The position numbers and the translations under genes were made by a program. The notes under the pieces are model-generated. The model was not told the DNA's origin, did no database searches, and saw only the letters and a program-made list of their open reading frames with translations. A stretch of 64,000 nt of DNA from an uncultured Desulfospira sp. (lineage in GTDB: Bacteria; Desulfobacterota; Desulfobacteria; Desulfobacterales; Desulfobacteraceae): NCBI GenBank assembly GCA_963663165.1, contig OY760175.1, forward strand, positions 384,001 to 448,000, written 5' to 3'. Shown here piece after piece: positions 48,283 through 58,582 of the stretch (positions are counted from its first letter, which is position 1; the number at the start of each line of letters is the position of its first letter).

Positions 48283-50034
48283 ATGAAACCCATTAAGACA
48301 TCGTATTTTTGTAAAGCAACGGCCTGGGCCGTGATTCTGGTGTTATCGGCCTTTATTTCCGGCTGTTCCATGGGAAAGCCCAAAAAACCTGTCCGTCATA
48401 TAGAACCGGCCCCCAAGCAGGAAACCCCTGCAGCAAAAGAAACGCCCGAGCCTGAGGCCAAACCGTCCCTGACAAAGGTTCTTTTGGAACAGGCCCGAAA
48501 GTTCACGGAACAGGGCGAATACCAGGATGCCTTGCTGGTTTACAACCAGGCCCTGTTTCAGGTGGATTTATACCCGGAAGAAGACGTGACCAAAGATCAA
48601 ATCCTGTCAACGCTTGAAAACACCCTGTCCCTGAGTGATCCGGAATTGATCCGAGAATTTTTGCAGATTAAACAGATTGCTATCCCGGAATCTCTTTTGC
48701 TGTACTATCTTGGGGCCAACCTGGCCAGTCAGGGAGATGTCACCGGGTCTAAGGCGGCCCTGATCCGTTTTGTGGGGCTTTATCCCGATGATGCCCATGC
48801 CGGCAGTGCCCTTGAGATGATCGATAAATTCAACCTGGATAAGGCCAAACCCAATACCATCGGCTGCCTGTTGCCCCTTACCGGCAAATACGAGGTTTAC
48901 GGCCAGAAGGTATTAAAGGGGGTTGAGCTGGCGGTTCAGGACCTGCATGACGAATACGGCTTTGACTTTAACATGATTGTCAAGGATACCCAGTCTGATG
49001 ACTTCAAAGCCGGTCAGGCCGTGGATCTTCTGGCCCAGAAAAATGTGATCGGTATTGTGGGGCCGCTGTTAACCCTGGAATCGGCTGGGAAAAGGGCTCA
49101 GGAACTGGGTATTCCCATGATTGCTTTAACCCAGAAAACCGATTTTCCGTCAAGGGGGGATTATCTGTTCTCTAATTTCATTACCCCTGAAATGCAGGTC
49201 CATGCCCTGTTGGGGTATGCCAGAAACCAGCTGAACGTCCAGCGGGCCGCCATCCTTTATCCGGATGAACGGTACGGTCAAAAATATATGGAAATTTTTT
49301 TAGACACGGCCCAGGAATTTTATATTGATGTGGTCGGGGTAGAGTCTTACCCGGTATCGGCCACGGACTTTTCAGCCCCCATCAAAAAGCTGACCGGCGG
49401 GTATTATCAGGTCCCCACCTTTTTAAAGGAAAATTTAAGGGAAAGAACCGGGTATCATGAAACCAATCAATGGGGCGAGTTCACCCTGTCTCCCGCCACT
49501 GACAGCCACACCCCGGGAAACGAAAATCAGCCGGCCGTTCTGGATATCAAGGATTCGGGAAGGGGGTTTCAGGCGGTGTTTATCCCGGAGTCGGCATCCA
49601 AACTCAACCAGATTCTGCCCCAGTTTGCCTATAACGATGTCAAGGGCATGGTCTTGCTCGGGACCAACCTGTGGCACAATAAAACCCTGTTGGAAGGGTC
49701 ATCCGGATACCATAAAAACGCCGTCATTACCGATGGTTTTTTCAGCAATTCCACCCGGCAAGTCACCCGTAAATTTAAGCAGAATTTCACCGATGTCTTT
49801 GGGAGCCGGCCCGGATTTTTTGAAGCGGTTTCCTACGATACCGTCAGGATGGTTTTCGAGACCTGTATGAACCAGGGGGTAACCTCGAGACAAGAACTCA
49901 AAGAGGCGTTAAAGGCCATGAGGGTTTATGAAGGGGTCACCGGGGATACCGGCTTTGATGAAAACGGGGCCCCGCGCAAAGACTTGTTCTTAATTACCAT
50001 CAAACGGGGCCGGTTTGTGGAGATTGAGCATTAA
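48283..50034 (+). CDS. LpoA-like lipoprotein (TPR-like region plus type I periplasmic-binding fold)
   Basis: Lipobox ISGC; IGCLLPLTG, IVGPL, YEGVTG. Confidence 0.75.
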   Translation: MKPIKTSYFCKATAWAVILVLSAFISGCSMGKPKKPVRHIEPAPKQETPAAKETPEPEAKPSLTKVLLEQARKFTEQGEYQDALLVYNQALFQVDLYPEEDVTKDQILSTLENTLSLSDPELIREFLQIKQIAIPESLLLYYLGANLASQGDVTGSKAALIRFVGLYPDDAHAGSALEMIDKFNLDKAKPNTIGCLLPLTGKYEVYGQKVLKGVELAVQDLHDEYGFDFNMIVKDTQSDDFKAGQAVDLLAQKNVIGIVGPLLTLESAGKRAQELGIPMIALTQKTDFPSRGDYLFSNFITPEMQVHALLGYARNQLNVQRAAILYPDERYGQKYMEIFLDTAQEFYIDVVGVESYPVSATDFSAPIKKLTGGYYQVPTFLKENLRERTGYHETNQWGEFTLSPATDSHTPGNENQPAVLDIKDSGRGFQAVFIPESASKLNQILPQFAYNDVKGMVLLGTNLWHNKTLLEGSSGYHKNAVITDGFFSNSTRQVTRKFKQNFTDVFGSRPGFFEAVSYDTVRMVFETCMNQGVTSRQELKEALKAMRVYEGVTGDTGFDENGAPRKDLFLITIKRGRFVEIEH

Positions 50035-50202
50035 ACAAGAGACAAGAACCGGATTAATAGCAGGAAAAACAGCATGGCCCGCTCTTACGCCGCAACCGGC
50101 GGGAACTGCAAATTCGGTCTTTGTTTTTTAATCAATTTACGAACAATACCCAAACCCCCAATATCATACCGGACTATAAATGCGTTACCGGGCCGCATTC
50201 CT

Positions 50203-50548
50203 CAGGGCAATCGCATCTAAAAAGACAGTCCTCGACGATGGCTATTGACATAAGCATTCAAGGGCCGGCCCTCTGTGGTTTAAAAAGGTGAAATCCCGAA
50301 GGGGTTGAATTATTCTTCTTTAACCGCCTGGTTTTATAAATTGTGGGCTTCGCCCATTCTTTATATTTAACCACAGAGCAGCGCAGCGCGGCAAAGCCGC
50401 AACCCCAATATGTGTTCCCTGCTGGTGAATGTATAAGCTTAAAAAAAATTTAAACTTTTGGAGCTGAGTAGCATAGAGTTTCAGTGCTGCGCACTGAAAT
50501 TGCAATCGGTAAGTTTAAACGGTGGGCAAGTTACATGAGATTGCCCTG
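50203..50548. mobile_element. MITE copy 2 (same TIR family, different and longer interior)
   Basis: CAGGGCAATCGCATCTAA ... TTACATGAGATTGCCCTG, between GGGCCGC / GCGGCCC arms. Confidence 0.65.
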
Positions 50549-50640
50549 GCGCGGCCCTGCTTTCCTGTTGCACATTCAAGGGGTCTGGGGTAAATTAAAG
50601 CATCCAACATCAATGGGTTCATCAATCAGGAGAGCTGTTT

Positions 50641-51810
50641 ATGACATCAACGTCTCTGCTGGACCTTAGAAAATTTCTGGTCCCGGAAATCGTTTACGGA
50701 CAAGGGGCGATTCACCTGGCCGGGCGCCATGCCGGGAATTTGGGGGCATTAAAAGTCCTTATTGTCACCGACCCGGGGGTCCGGAATGCCGGATGGGCAT
50801 CCCTGGTCGAAAAAAGCCTTAGAGAATCAAAAATTTCATACACTGTCTTTGACGGCGTCACCGAAAATCCCAAAGATCACGAGGTCATGAAAGGGTTTGA
50901 AATCTGTAAAGATAAAGGTTGCGATCTGATTGTTTCCGTGGGGGGGGGAAGCCCCATGGACTGCGCTAAAGGGATTGGCGTGATGATGGGAAACCCCGGT
51001 CATATTCTGGACTATGAAGGGGTTGATATAGTTCCCAATCCCGGCCCGCCGTTAATTTTTATTCCCACAACGGCCGGGTCTTCCGCCGATGTTTCCCAGT
51101 TTGCCATCATTCTGGATACCGTAAGGAAAGTTAAAATCGCAGTGATCAGCAAGATGGTCATACCGGATATTGCCCTGATTGACCCGGCGACCACCACCAC
51201 CATGCCTTGCGAACTTACGGCGGCAACCGGTATGGACGCGCTGTGCCATGCCTTTGAAGCCTATGTTTCAACCGCATCCTCACCCTTGACGGATATGGCG
51301 GCAGTGGCTTGCGTTGAAATCATTTCAAATTTTTTGATCAGGGCGTTTAAAGAACCGGACAATATCATCTGCCGGGACAAAATGATGACGGCCAGCCTCA
51401 TGGCCGGCCTGGCATTTTCCAATGCAAGCCTTGGGCTGGTGCATGCCATGGCCCATGGCCTTGGGGGGATGTTCGGATTGGCCCACGGCGAATGCAATGC
51501 GATTATTCTCGAAAAGGTGATCCAGTTTAACTATGGGGCTTGCCCGGATAAATATGACCGGCTCGCACAGGCCCTTGGACTGGATTTAACCGCAACACCC
51601 TTTGAGGAAAGGGGGACGGCTGTTTCCGATCATGTCGCCGGGCTCAGACAAGCACTGTCCATTCATCAGAAACTGGTTGATTTCGGGGTTCAATTTTCAG
51701 ATATTCCCCAGTTATCTGAATTTGCCTTTAACGACCCCTGCCTTGCCACCAACCCGAAAGAGGCTGATATCAAGGATATTGAATACTTATACGAACAACT
51801 TTACGATTAG
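50641..51810 (+). CDS. Iron-containing alcohol dehydrogenase family, ErcA-like regulatory protein
   Basis: LRKFLVPEIVYG, GGGSPMDCAK, PTTAGSSADVSQFAII, GLVHAMAH. Confidence 0.85.
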   Translation: MTSTSLLDLRKFLVPEIVYGQGAIHLAGRHAGNLGALKVLIVTDPGVRNAGWASLVEKSLRESKISYTVFDGVTENPKDHEVMKGFEICKDKGCDLIVSVGGGSPMDCAKGIGVMMGNPGHILDYEGVDIVPNPGPPLIFIPTTAGSSADVSQFAIILDTVRKVKIAVISKMVIPDIALIDPATTTTMPCELTAATGMDALCHAFEAYVSTASSPLTDMAAVACVEIISNFLIRAFKEPDNIICRDKMMTASLMAGLAFSNASLGLVHAMAHGLGGMFGLAHGECNAIILEKVIQFNYGACPDKYDRLAQALGLDLTATPFEERGTAVSDHVAGLRQALSIHQKLVDFGVQFSDIPQLSEFAFNDPCLATNPKEADIKDIEYLYEQLYD

Positions 51811-51829
51811 AGGTCTTTAATTTGCAGCC

Positions 51830-53503
51830 ATGAAACCCCCGGACCACCATAAACCCCATTTGGCTGCCAGAAGAAAGTTTCTGGAACTGAGCCTTGAGTC
51901 CACCCGGAAAAGCTATTATCCCCAGTTGAAAGAGCAGCTGGCCCGGGCAAAGGAAAATGAAGAACACCTGCAGTTGTTGATCGATAATCTGCCGGCCCTG
52001 ATTTCTTACGTGGATGCCAGCCAGCGGTATGTGCTGGTCAACCGCGAGCTTGAGAAAGTTTTCGGTATGGACCGGGATCAAATTATCGGCCGGAAAATGA
52101 AACATATTTTAACGGCTGAAAATTATGCCAAGGTTGAGCCCCACATCCAATATGCCCTCGCCGGCCGGTCCGGCCGGATTGAAGTGGCCTACAATACGAA
52201 ACAGAATGAAAAAAAACTGTATGAAATAAATTATGTGCCTGAAACTGACCAGCACGGGCATGTCGACGGATTCTACATTCTCAGCATTGATATAACGGAA
52301 AAGAAACAGGCGGAAAAAGAAAGAGCAGCCCTTGAAGACCGGCTGCGCCAGGCCCATAAAATGGAGGCCATCGGGACCCTGTCCGGGGGAATTGCCCACG
52401 ACTTTAACAACATCCTTTCGGGAATGTACGGGTTCTCTCAGCTGGTGGAAACCCATAAAAATGATCCGGATAAAGTAGAAGAATACAACCGGAAAATATT
52501 TGAAAGTGCCCAGAGGGCTTCGTTATTAATCCAGCAGATATTATCTTTCAGCCGGCAGAGCAAATCCAACAAACACCCCATCCGGCTGCTCCTCATTTTA
52601 AATGAAGCCTTAACCCTGCTGCGGTCCTCCATCCCTTCCCATATTGAGATCAAAAAGAATCTAAACTCAAGGGCCAAAGTGCTGGCAGATCCCACCCAGC
52701 TGCACCAGGTCATAATGAATCTTTGCACCAATGCCTATCACGCCATGGGGGATGAAGGCGGTACGTTAACCGTCACTTTGGAGGAGGAAACGGCCTTTGG
52801 GAACAATACCGGCAAGGACACGCCATGGACTCAGGAAAAGTATCTTCGGCTTTCAGTCAGTGATACGGGCCACGGGATTGAGGATCAGATTAAAGAAAAA
52901 ATATTTGACCCGTATTTCACAACCAAAAAAATCGGCCGGGGAACCGGATTAGGGCTGGCCGTGGTGGCCGGAATCGTGGAAAAACATAACGGGCATATTG
53001 AGCTTAAGACAACCCCCGGGCAGGGGACGACTTTTCATGTGTATTTGCCGGTGGTCACCGACACACCTGCCACGGCGGAAACACCTAACGCCATGGCGTC
53101 CCAAAAAGAGCCGCCCGGTTTCGGGCGAATCATGCTTGTTGACGACGAAGCGTTGATTTTAGAAGTATTGGAAACGTTTTTATCCGGGAAAGGGTATCAG
53201 GTAACAACCTATGATACCGGTGTCTCAGCATTGGCCGCATTTACGGAGGCCCCGGATCAATTTGATCTCATCGTCACGGACATGACCATGCCCAAAATGA
53301 CAGGGGATAAACTCTCCGGGGCTGTTTTGGAAATAAGGCCGGACATCCCCATCATCATGTGTACCGGGTACAATGAAAATTTTTCAAAAACCGATGCATT
53401 AGAGGCCGGAATCGCCAGATACATCCAAAAGCCCACCGATTTATCAGCCCTTTCAAGCATTATCCGGGAGTTGCTCAGTAACAAGAACGCCCGGTCCATT
53501 TAA
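51830..53503 (+). CDS. PAS hybrid sensor kinase (ErcS-like N-terminus)
   Basis: STRKSYYPQL N-terminal motif, PAS domain, AHDFNN, GTGLGL and a C-terminal receiver. Confidence 0.9.
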   Translation: MKPPDHHKPHLAARRKFLELSLESTRKSYYPQLKEQLARAKENEEHLQLLIDNLPALISYVDASQRYVLVNRELEKVFGMDRDQIIGRKMKHILTAENYAKVEPHIQYALAGRSGRIEVAYNTKQNEKKLYEINYVPETDQHGHVDGFYILSIDITEKKQAEKERAALEDRLRQAHKMEAIGTLSGGIAHDFNNILSGMYGFSQLVETHKNDPDKVEEYNRKIFESAQRASLLIQQILSFSRQSKSNKHPIRLLLILNEALTLLRSSIPSHIEIKKNLNSRAKVLADPTQLHQVIMNLCTNAYHAMGDEGGTLTVTLEEETAFGNNTGKDTPWTQEKYLRLSVSDTGHGIEDQIKEKIFDPYFTTKKIGRGTGLGLAVVAGIVEKHNGHIELKTTPGQGTTFHVYLPVVTDTPATAETPNAMASQKEPPGFGRIMLVDDEALILEVLETFLSGKGYQVTTYDTGVSALAAFTEAPDQFDLIVTDMTMPKMTGDKLSGAVLEIRPDIPIIMCTGYNENFSKTDALEAGIARYIQKPTDLSALSSIIRELLSNKNARSI

Positions 53504-53524
53504 GGGGCAGGCCCTTTTAGCCGG

Positions 53525-53728
53525 TCACACCCGGCCGTTTTCCACAAGCCTGGCAAAATGCTCAAAGGAGCGGTCCCAGGTCTTTTCTTCTTTGTCCGGA
53601 AAACAGCATCCCGGCAGCTGCCGCATCTTTAAATGGTAGGCGATGCATTCGCAGCAGACCCCCTTTCTGGAACAGGGCTCATAGGTGCAGTTGCACCGGT
53701 TCAGGTTCTTTTCTTTATTACAATCCAT
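53525..53728 (-). CDS. Small Cys-rich protein (DUF6485-like)
   Basis: CNCTYEPCSRKGVCCECIAYH...LPGCCF. Confidence 0.8.
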   Translation of the reverse strand: MDCNKEKNLNRCNCTYEPCSRKGVCCECIAYHLKMRQLPGCCFPDKEEKTWDRSFEHFARLVENGRV

Positions 53729-53779
53729 TCAATACTCCTTTGGGTGCGTGCCAGAGCGCCGTGTTCGGGTAAACACGGC

Positions 53780-55108
53780 CTATCCGCTGAAATAGGCGTA
53801 TTGCCCGGTGGCCTCCAGAACCGACTGCCACAGGCGTCCGTTGGGATCCAGATTCTTTCTTTTGCCGGCTGAGGCGTCCATGGGGACGTGGATGTAATGG
53901 TTGTTCCAGAAGCTGATCAACACCTTTGTTTTTCCGGCCATGCCCGCATGGACCGCATCCCTTGCCAGAAGACCGCAGAACACACTGTCATTGGCATTGG
54001 CCGGCAGGCTTCTGATGATATAACTGGGATCAATATATTTGAGAGAGACGTCAACGCCTTTTTCCTTGAAGTATGCGGCGATCTGGTCTTTGAGGAATAT
54101 GCCGATGTCCTGGAGCACCAGGTTTCCCGATGCATCATATTTTTGCTTGGCGCCTTTAAAAAAATTCTGGCCGGCCCCTTCGGCCACAATGATAACCCCG
54201 TGTCCCCTGGCCGAAAGCCGGTCTTCCAGGGCTTTTAACAGGCCGTTATCCCCGTGAAGATCAATACTGACCTCCGGGATGAGGACAAAGTTGGCATCCT
54301 GCTGGGCCAGGGCGGCGGTGGCGGCCAGAAAGCCGGAATGGCGGCCCATGAGCTTGATCAGGCCGATGCCGTTGGGGTAGGCTTCGGCCTCGTTGTGGGC
54401 GCCTTTGATGGCCATGGTGGCCACATCAACGGCGGTATCAAATCCAAAGGAGCGGGATACCAGAAAGATGTCGTTGTCAATGGTTTTGGGAATGCCCACC
54501 ACCGAGATTTTCTGTTTGCGTTTGGATATTTCATCCACGATGGCCTTGGATGCCTTAAGGGTACCATCCCCGCCCACCATGAACAACAGCCCGATGTTCA
54601 TTCGTTCCAGGCAGTCCACCACCATGCCGATATCCTGATTCCCCCTTGAAGATCCCAGAACAGACCCGCCCATATCCTGGATCCCGGCCACGGCGGCCGG
54701 GTTCAGTTCCACCACCGAATGGCCGTATTCCGGGATAAAGCCCTGGAGGCCGTGGCGGATGCCGTAAATGTTTTTTACCCCGTAGTTGTAGTGCAGCTCC
54801 AGGACAATGGCCCGGATAATGTCGTTGAGCCCCGGGCAAAGCCCGCCGCAGGTGACCACCGCGCATTTGAGCTTGCTGGGATCAAAATAGATGTATTCCC
54901 TGGGTCCGGCCAGCTCAAAACTGGGCGGGGGCGTCCCCTCGTCATAGCATTTTTGAATCCCTGCCGGCGTCATATCGGCCAGGACCCTTGCATCGTCAGA
55001 AATAAAATGTTTCATGGACGAGTTGCGCCGGCTTTGCTGCTTCATGGGCGATGCAATTTTGGCAGGCCCAAGGGTGGATATTTCCGTTGAAAATGTCTGG
55101 TCGGTCAT
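53780..55108 (-). CDS. pfkA: 6-phosphofructokinase, probably ATP-dependent
   Basis: TCGGLCPGLN, GGDG, PKTIDND, FGFDT, LMGRHSG, YIDPSY. Confidence 0.9.
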   Translation of the reverse strand: MTDQTFSTEISTLGPAKIASPMKQQSRRNSSMKHFISDDARVLADMTPAGIQKCYDEGTPPPSFELAGPREYIYFDPSKLKCAVVTCGGLCPGLNDIIRAIVLELHYNYGVKNIYGIRHGLQGFIPEYGHSVVELNPAAVAGIQDMGGSVLGSSRGNQDIGMVVDCLERMNIGLLFMVGGDGTLKASKAIVDEISKRKQKISVVGIPKTIDNDIFLVSRSFGFDTAVDVATMAIKGAHNEAEAYPNGIGLIKLMGRHSGFLAATAALAQQDANFVLIPEVSIDLHGDNGLLKALEDRLSARGHGVIIVAEGAGQNFFKGAKQKYDASGNLVLQDIGIFLKDQIAAYFKEKGVDVSLKYIDPSYIIRSLPANANDSVFCGLLARDAVHAGMAGKTKVLISFWNNHYIHVPMDASAGKRKNLDPNGRLWQSVLEATGQYAYFSG

Positions 55109-55217
55109 GGAAGCCTCCGTTAGCTGTTAGCCGTTAGCTGTTAGCTATTAGCTGTTGGTTGTGGGCCTTTTTGCCCATGTATCTGGTATTAAACGGTTAT
55201 CTGTTTAAATATCGGGC

Positions 55218-56216
55218 TCATGGCCGGTGGTTTTCATGGCCATGACCATTATATTTAAAGGAGCCTTTCCCTAAAATATCGTGCAGATGCAGGATACCTT
55301 CTAATTTTCCGGTTTTGTCAATGACCGGCAGAACCGTGATCTGGTGGGTTTCCATCAGGTTCAGGGCGTCGTACAGAAACGCATTTTTATCAAGGCTGTG
55401 GGGATCCCGGGTCATGATGTCGCAAGTTTTGGTCCCGGCCGGGTCCAGCACGCCCTGGGCCATGCAGTGGCGGATGTCGCCGTCGGTAATGATCCCTTTA
55501 ACCATATGGTCGTTATCAATCACCACAACGGCGCCCAGCCGCTGGGCGTCCATTTCCCTGACCGCATCAGACATGGGCGAATCAATGTTGACCGTGGGGG
55601 CATGGCCGGCCTCAAACATGATTTCATGGACCCGGCATGAAAGCCGCTGGCCTAAGGCCCCGCCGGGATGGGACCGCATAAAATCACTTTTTTTAAATTT
55701 TTTTTCATGGATCAGGACTACGGCCAGGGCATCTCCCATGGCCAGCTGGGCCGTGGTAGAGCAGGTCGGGGCCATATTAAAGGGGCAGGCTTCCCTTTCT
55801 ACACTGGTGTTGATCAGAAGATCGCAAAAGCCCGCCATGGTGGATTCAAGGTTGCCGGTAAATCCGGCCAAACGGCAGCCAATGGCCTTGATTTCCGGCA
55901 GCAGCCGGTTGAGCTCACTGGTTTCTCCGGAGTTGGAAATGGCAATAAATACATCATCTTTTCCCACCATGCCAAGGTCCCCGTGGACCGCCTCCACAGG
56001 ATGGAGAAACATGGCATTGGTGCCGGTGCTGCTTAGGGTGGCAGCGATTTTACGGCCAATCAGGCCGGATTTTCCAATGCCTGAGATAATCACCCGGCCC
56101 GTGGATGAGCAGATGTCCCTGACAAGGGCGCAAAAATCGTCATCCAGGCTGCCGGCAAGGTTTAAGATGCTCTGGGCTTCCAGTTTCAGTACGGTGGTAG
56201 CGTTTTCAATAATCAT
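55218..56216 (-). CDS. kdsD: Arabinose-5-phosphate isomerase (KpsF/GutQ family, SIS + CBS domains)
   Basis: GIGKSG, EAVHGDLG, SNSGET, APTCST, HPGGALG, TDGDIR. Confidence 0.92.
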   Translation of the reverse strand: MIIENATTVLKLEAQSILNLAGSLDDDFCALVRDICSSTGRVIISGIGKSGLIGRKIAATLSSTGTNAMFLHPVEAVHGDLGMVGKDDVFIAISNSGETSELNRLLPEIKAIGCRLAGFTGNLESTMAGFCDLLINTSVEREACPFNMAPTCSTTAQLAMGDALAVVLIHEKKFKKSDFMRSHPGGALGQRLSCRVHEIMFEAGHAPTVNIDSPMSDAVREMDAQRLGAVVVIDNDHMVKGIITDGDIRHCMAQGVLDPAGTKTCDIMTRDPHSLDKNAFLYDALNLMETHQITVLPVIDKTGKLEGILHLHDILGKGSFKYNGHGHENHRP

Positions 56217-56419
56217 AGTAATGGGTTTGATATTTAGGAACGTGTTTAATGTTCGATTTTTTTAGGTTGTATAAAAGCCGTCGGATTACGGTATTTAAGC
56301 CTTCAACAAGGCCTGGTATCTTAAAAGGCGGCTGTGAATTTCTGCCCCGCAGACAAGAGGCTTTGACCATGGTTATACAACAAATAAAAAACAGAGGCAA
56401 GAAACAAGACGCCATCCGG

Positions 56420-56616
56420 CAGGGCTAACGCATGTAAAAATTAAGTTAAATCTCCAAAAAATTGGACTTGGGACTTGGGATATGGGACCTGGGGATTGCG
56501 GCATCCACGGCCTCCCCAAGTCCCATATCCCATATCCCAAGTCTCAACAATATACATTATTATCCTTATCATCAAAATTGACATCACCTGCAGGCAAGTG
56601 ACATGCGATCACCCTG
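56420..56616. mobile_element. MITE copy 3 (inverted homolog of copy 1)
   Basis: CAGGGCTAACGCATGTAA ... TGACATGCGATCACCCTG; the interior largely matches the reverse complement of 27766-27920. Confidence 0.8.
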
Positions 56617-56846
56617 TTGTCCCTTGTTTCTTGATTGACTTTCCCGGGTTTATTTATTAGGTTTTAGCATTACCCATTTTTGTTCACACTGTATGCTTCC
56701 TGGATTTGAGTTGGTATCTCGCAGCAAAATCCGGCCCGCCCTGAACCATTTCCCGTAATCCCGGGGCGGCCATTTTAAAAATTGGTCATTCAAATTTAGA
56801 CACAATGATTGCGCAGCCCCCCAAGTGGGATCAAGGGAGAATGCCT

Positions 56847-58361
56847 ATGAAGTGTGATGGTTTTGCAGCGGTTGTTTTGGTTTCGGTTTTAATCTGGTTT
56901 CCCGTGGCCGGGTTGGCTGACGACAATGTCCATCAGGAACAATCTATCGGACATGCTTCAACCCTGGAAGTCCAGGCGGGCCATGATGAAGGCCATGGAA
57001 CAACAGATCACGGCAGCCATGAGGCATTGGGGGAGATCCTGCCCCTGTATTCGTGCATTCCCTTTGCCTGCATGCTGCTGTCCATTGCCCTGTTGCCGTT
57101 GATTGCCGGCACCTTCTGGCACCACCATTTTGGGAAAATTTCAGCCTTTTGGGCGGCCTGTCTGGCCGTCCCCTTCTTATGGGTTTTCAAGGGGGCCGCC
57201 GTTCATGAAATCCTTCATATCATCCTGGCGGATTATGTTCCGTTTATAATTCTGCTTTGGGCGCTGTTTACGGTATCCGGGGGGATTTTGCTCAAAGGCA
57301 CCCTTACCGGCACCCCCCTGATCAATACCGGGATGATTCTTTTGGGGGCGGTGCTGGCGTCCTGGATGGGCACCACCGGGGCGGCCATGCTGCTGATCCG
57401 CCCCTTTTTGCGGGCCAACCGGCATCGGAAAAACAAAACATTCATGGTGGTTTTTTTTATTTTTCTGGTGGCCAATATCGGCGGTGCCCTCACCCCCTTG
57501 GGAGACCCGCCCCTGTTTTTGGGATTTCTTCACGGGGTCACCTTTTTTTGGACCATGAAAATCCTTCCCCATATGGCGGTGGCCGGCGCCGTTCTTCTGT
57601 TAACTTATTTCTGCCTGGATTTCTACCATTACAAAAAAGAAGATCCGCCCCCGGTGGACAAGGACGAGAAACAGCCGTTGCGCCTTGAAGGAACCTATAA
57701 CTTTATTTTTCTGGCCGGCGTGATTGGGGCCGTTCTCATGAGTGGTGTTTTAGAACTCGGGGAAGTCTCGGTTTTCGGCATTCACCGGGCGGTTCAGGAC
57801 TGGCTTCGGGACGGGATTTTGATCGGCCTTGGCATTGCCTCCCTTGCGGCAACCCCGCGGGTGGTGCGCGAAGAAAACGAATTTTCATGGTTTCCCATTG
57901 TTGAAGTGGCCTTTTTGTTTATCGGAATTTTTATCACGATGATTCCCTGCCTGCTGCTTCTTAAAGCCGGTTCCAAGGGGGCCTTTGCCTTTTTAATCAC
58001 TGCGGTGAAAGAACCGGTCCATTATTTCTGGGTCACGGGCTGTTTATCCGCATTTTTGGACAATGCCCCCACCTATCTGACATTTTTTAACACGGCACTG
58101 GGCAGTTTTTATTCCGGCATGTCCGAAGCCCAGTCGGTGCCGCTGCTTATGGTTGAAAACCCCATTTACCTTAAAGCCGTTTCTGCGGGGGCGGTATTTT
58201 TCGGGGCCTGTTCCTATATCGGCAATGCCCCTAACTTTATGGTGAGGTCTATTGCAGAGGAATCCGGATGTCCCATGCCCAGTTTTTTTGGCTATATTTT
58301 TAAGTTCACCCTGGTGTTTTTGATTCCTACGTTTATTATCGTCACCCTGGTGTTCTTTTAA
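56847..58361 (+). CDS. Putative Na+/H+ antiporter (ion transporter superfamily)
   Basis: GTTGAAMLLIRP, ANIGGALTPLGDPPLF, LDNAPTY, YIGNAPNFMV; start approximate. Confidence 0.85.
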   Translation: MKCDGFAAVVLVSVLIWFPVAGLADDNVHQEQSIGHASTLEVQAGHDEGHGTTDHGSHEALGEILPLYSCIPFACMLLSIALLPLIAGTFWHHHFGKISAFWAACLAVPFLWVFKGAAVHEILHIILADYVPFIILLWALFTVSGGILLKGTLTGTPLINTGMILLGAVLASWMGTTGAAMLLIRPFLRANRHRKNKTFMVVFFIFLVANIGGALTPLGDPPLFLGFLHGVTFFWTMKILPHMAVAGAVLLLTYFCLDFYHYKKEDPPPVDKDEKQPLRLEGTYNFIFLAGVIGAVLMSGVLELGEVSVFGIHRAVQDWLRDGILIGLGIASLAATPRVVREENEFSWFPIVEVAFLFIGIFITMIPCLLLLKAGSKGAFAFLITAVKEPVHYFWVTGCLSAFLDNAPTYLTFFNTALGSFYSGMSEAQSVPLLMVENPIYLKAVSAGAVFFGACSYIGNAPNFMVRSIAEESGCPMPSFFGYIFKFTLVFLIPTFIIVTLVFF

Positions 58362-58582
58362 CGGTTGACTGGGTTGGAACTTAAGGTTGAATATGGCAAT
58401 TTTTTAAAATACAGGCCAATGGGTGAAAGCCATTAGCCGTTAGCTATAAGCTATTAGCCGTTAGCTTCCGGGTTGAGCCAGCCCGCTAATTGCTAACAGC
58501 TAACGGCTAACAGCTAGCCAAAGCTTTGGCTGGCGTTTGAGTTAAAAAAAGTGTAGACCGGAAAGGATGAAATAAGGAAAAA

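Noticed and set aside
55315..56265. 316-aa ORF on the + strand
   Set aside because: Antisense shadow of kdsD with no motifs
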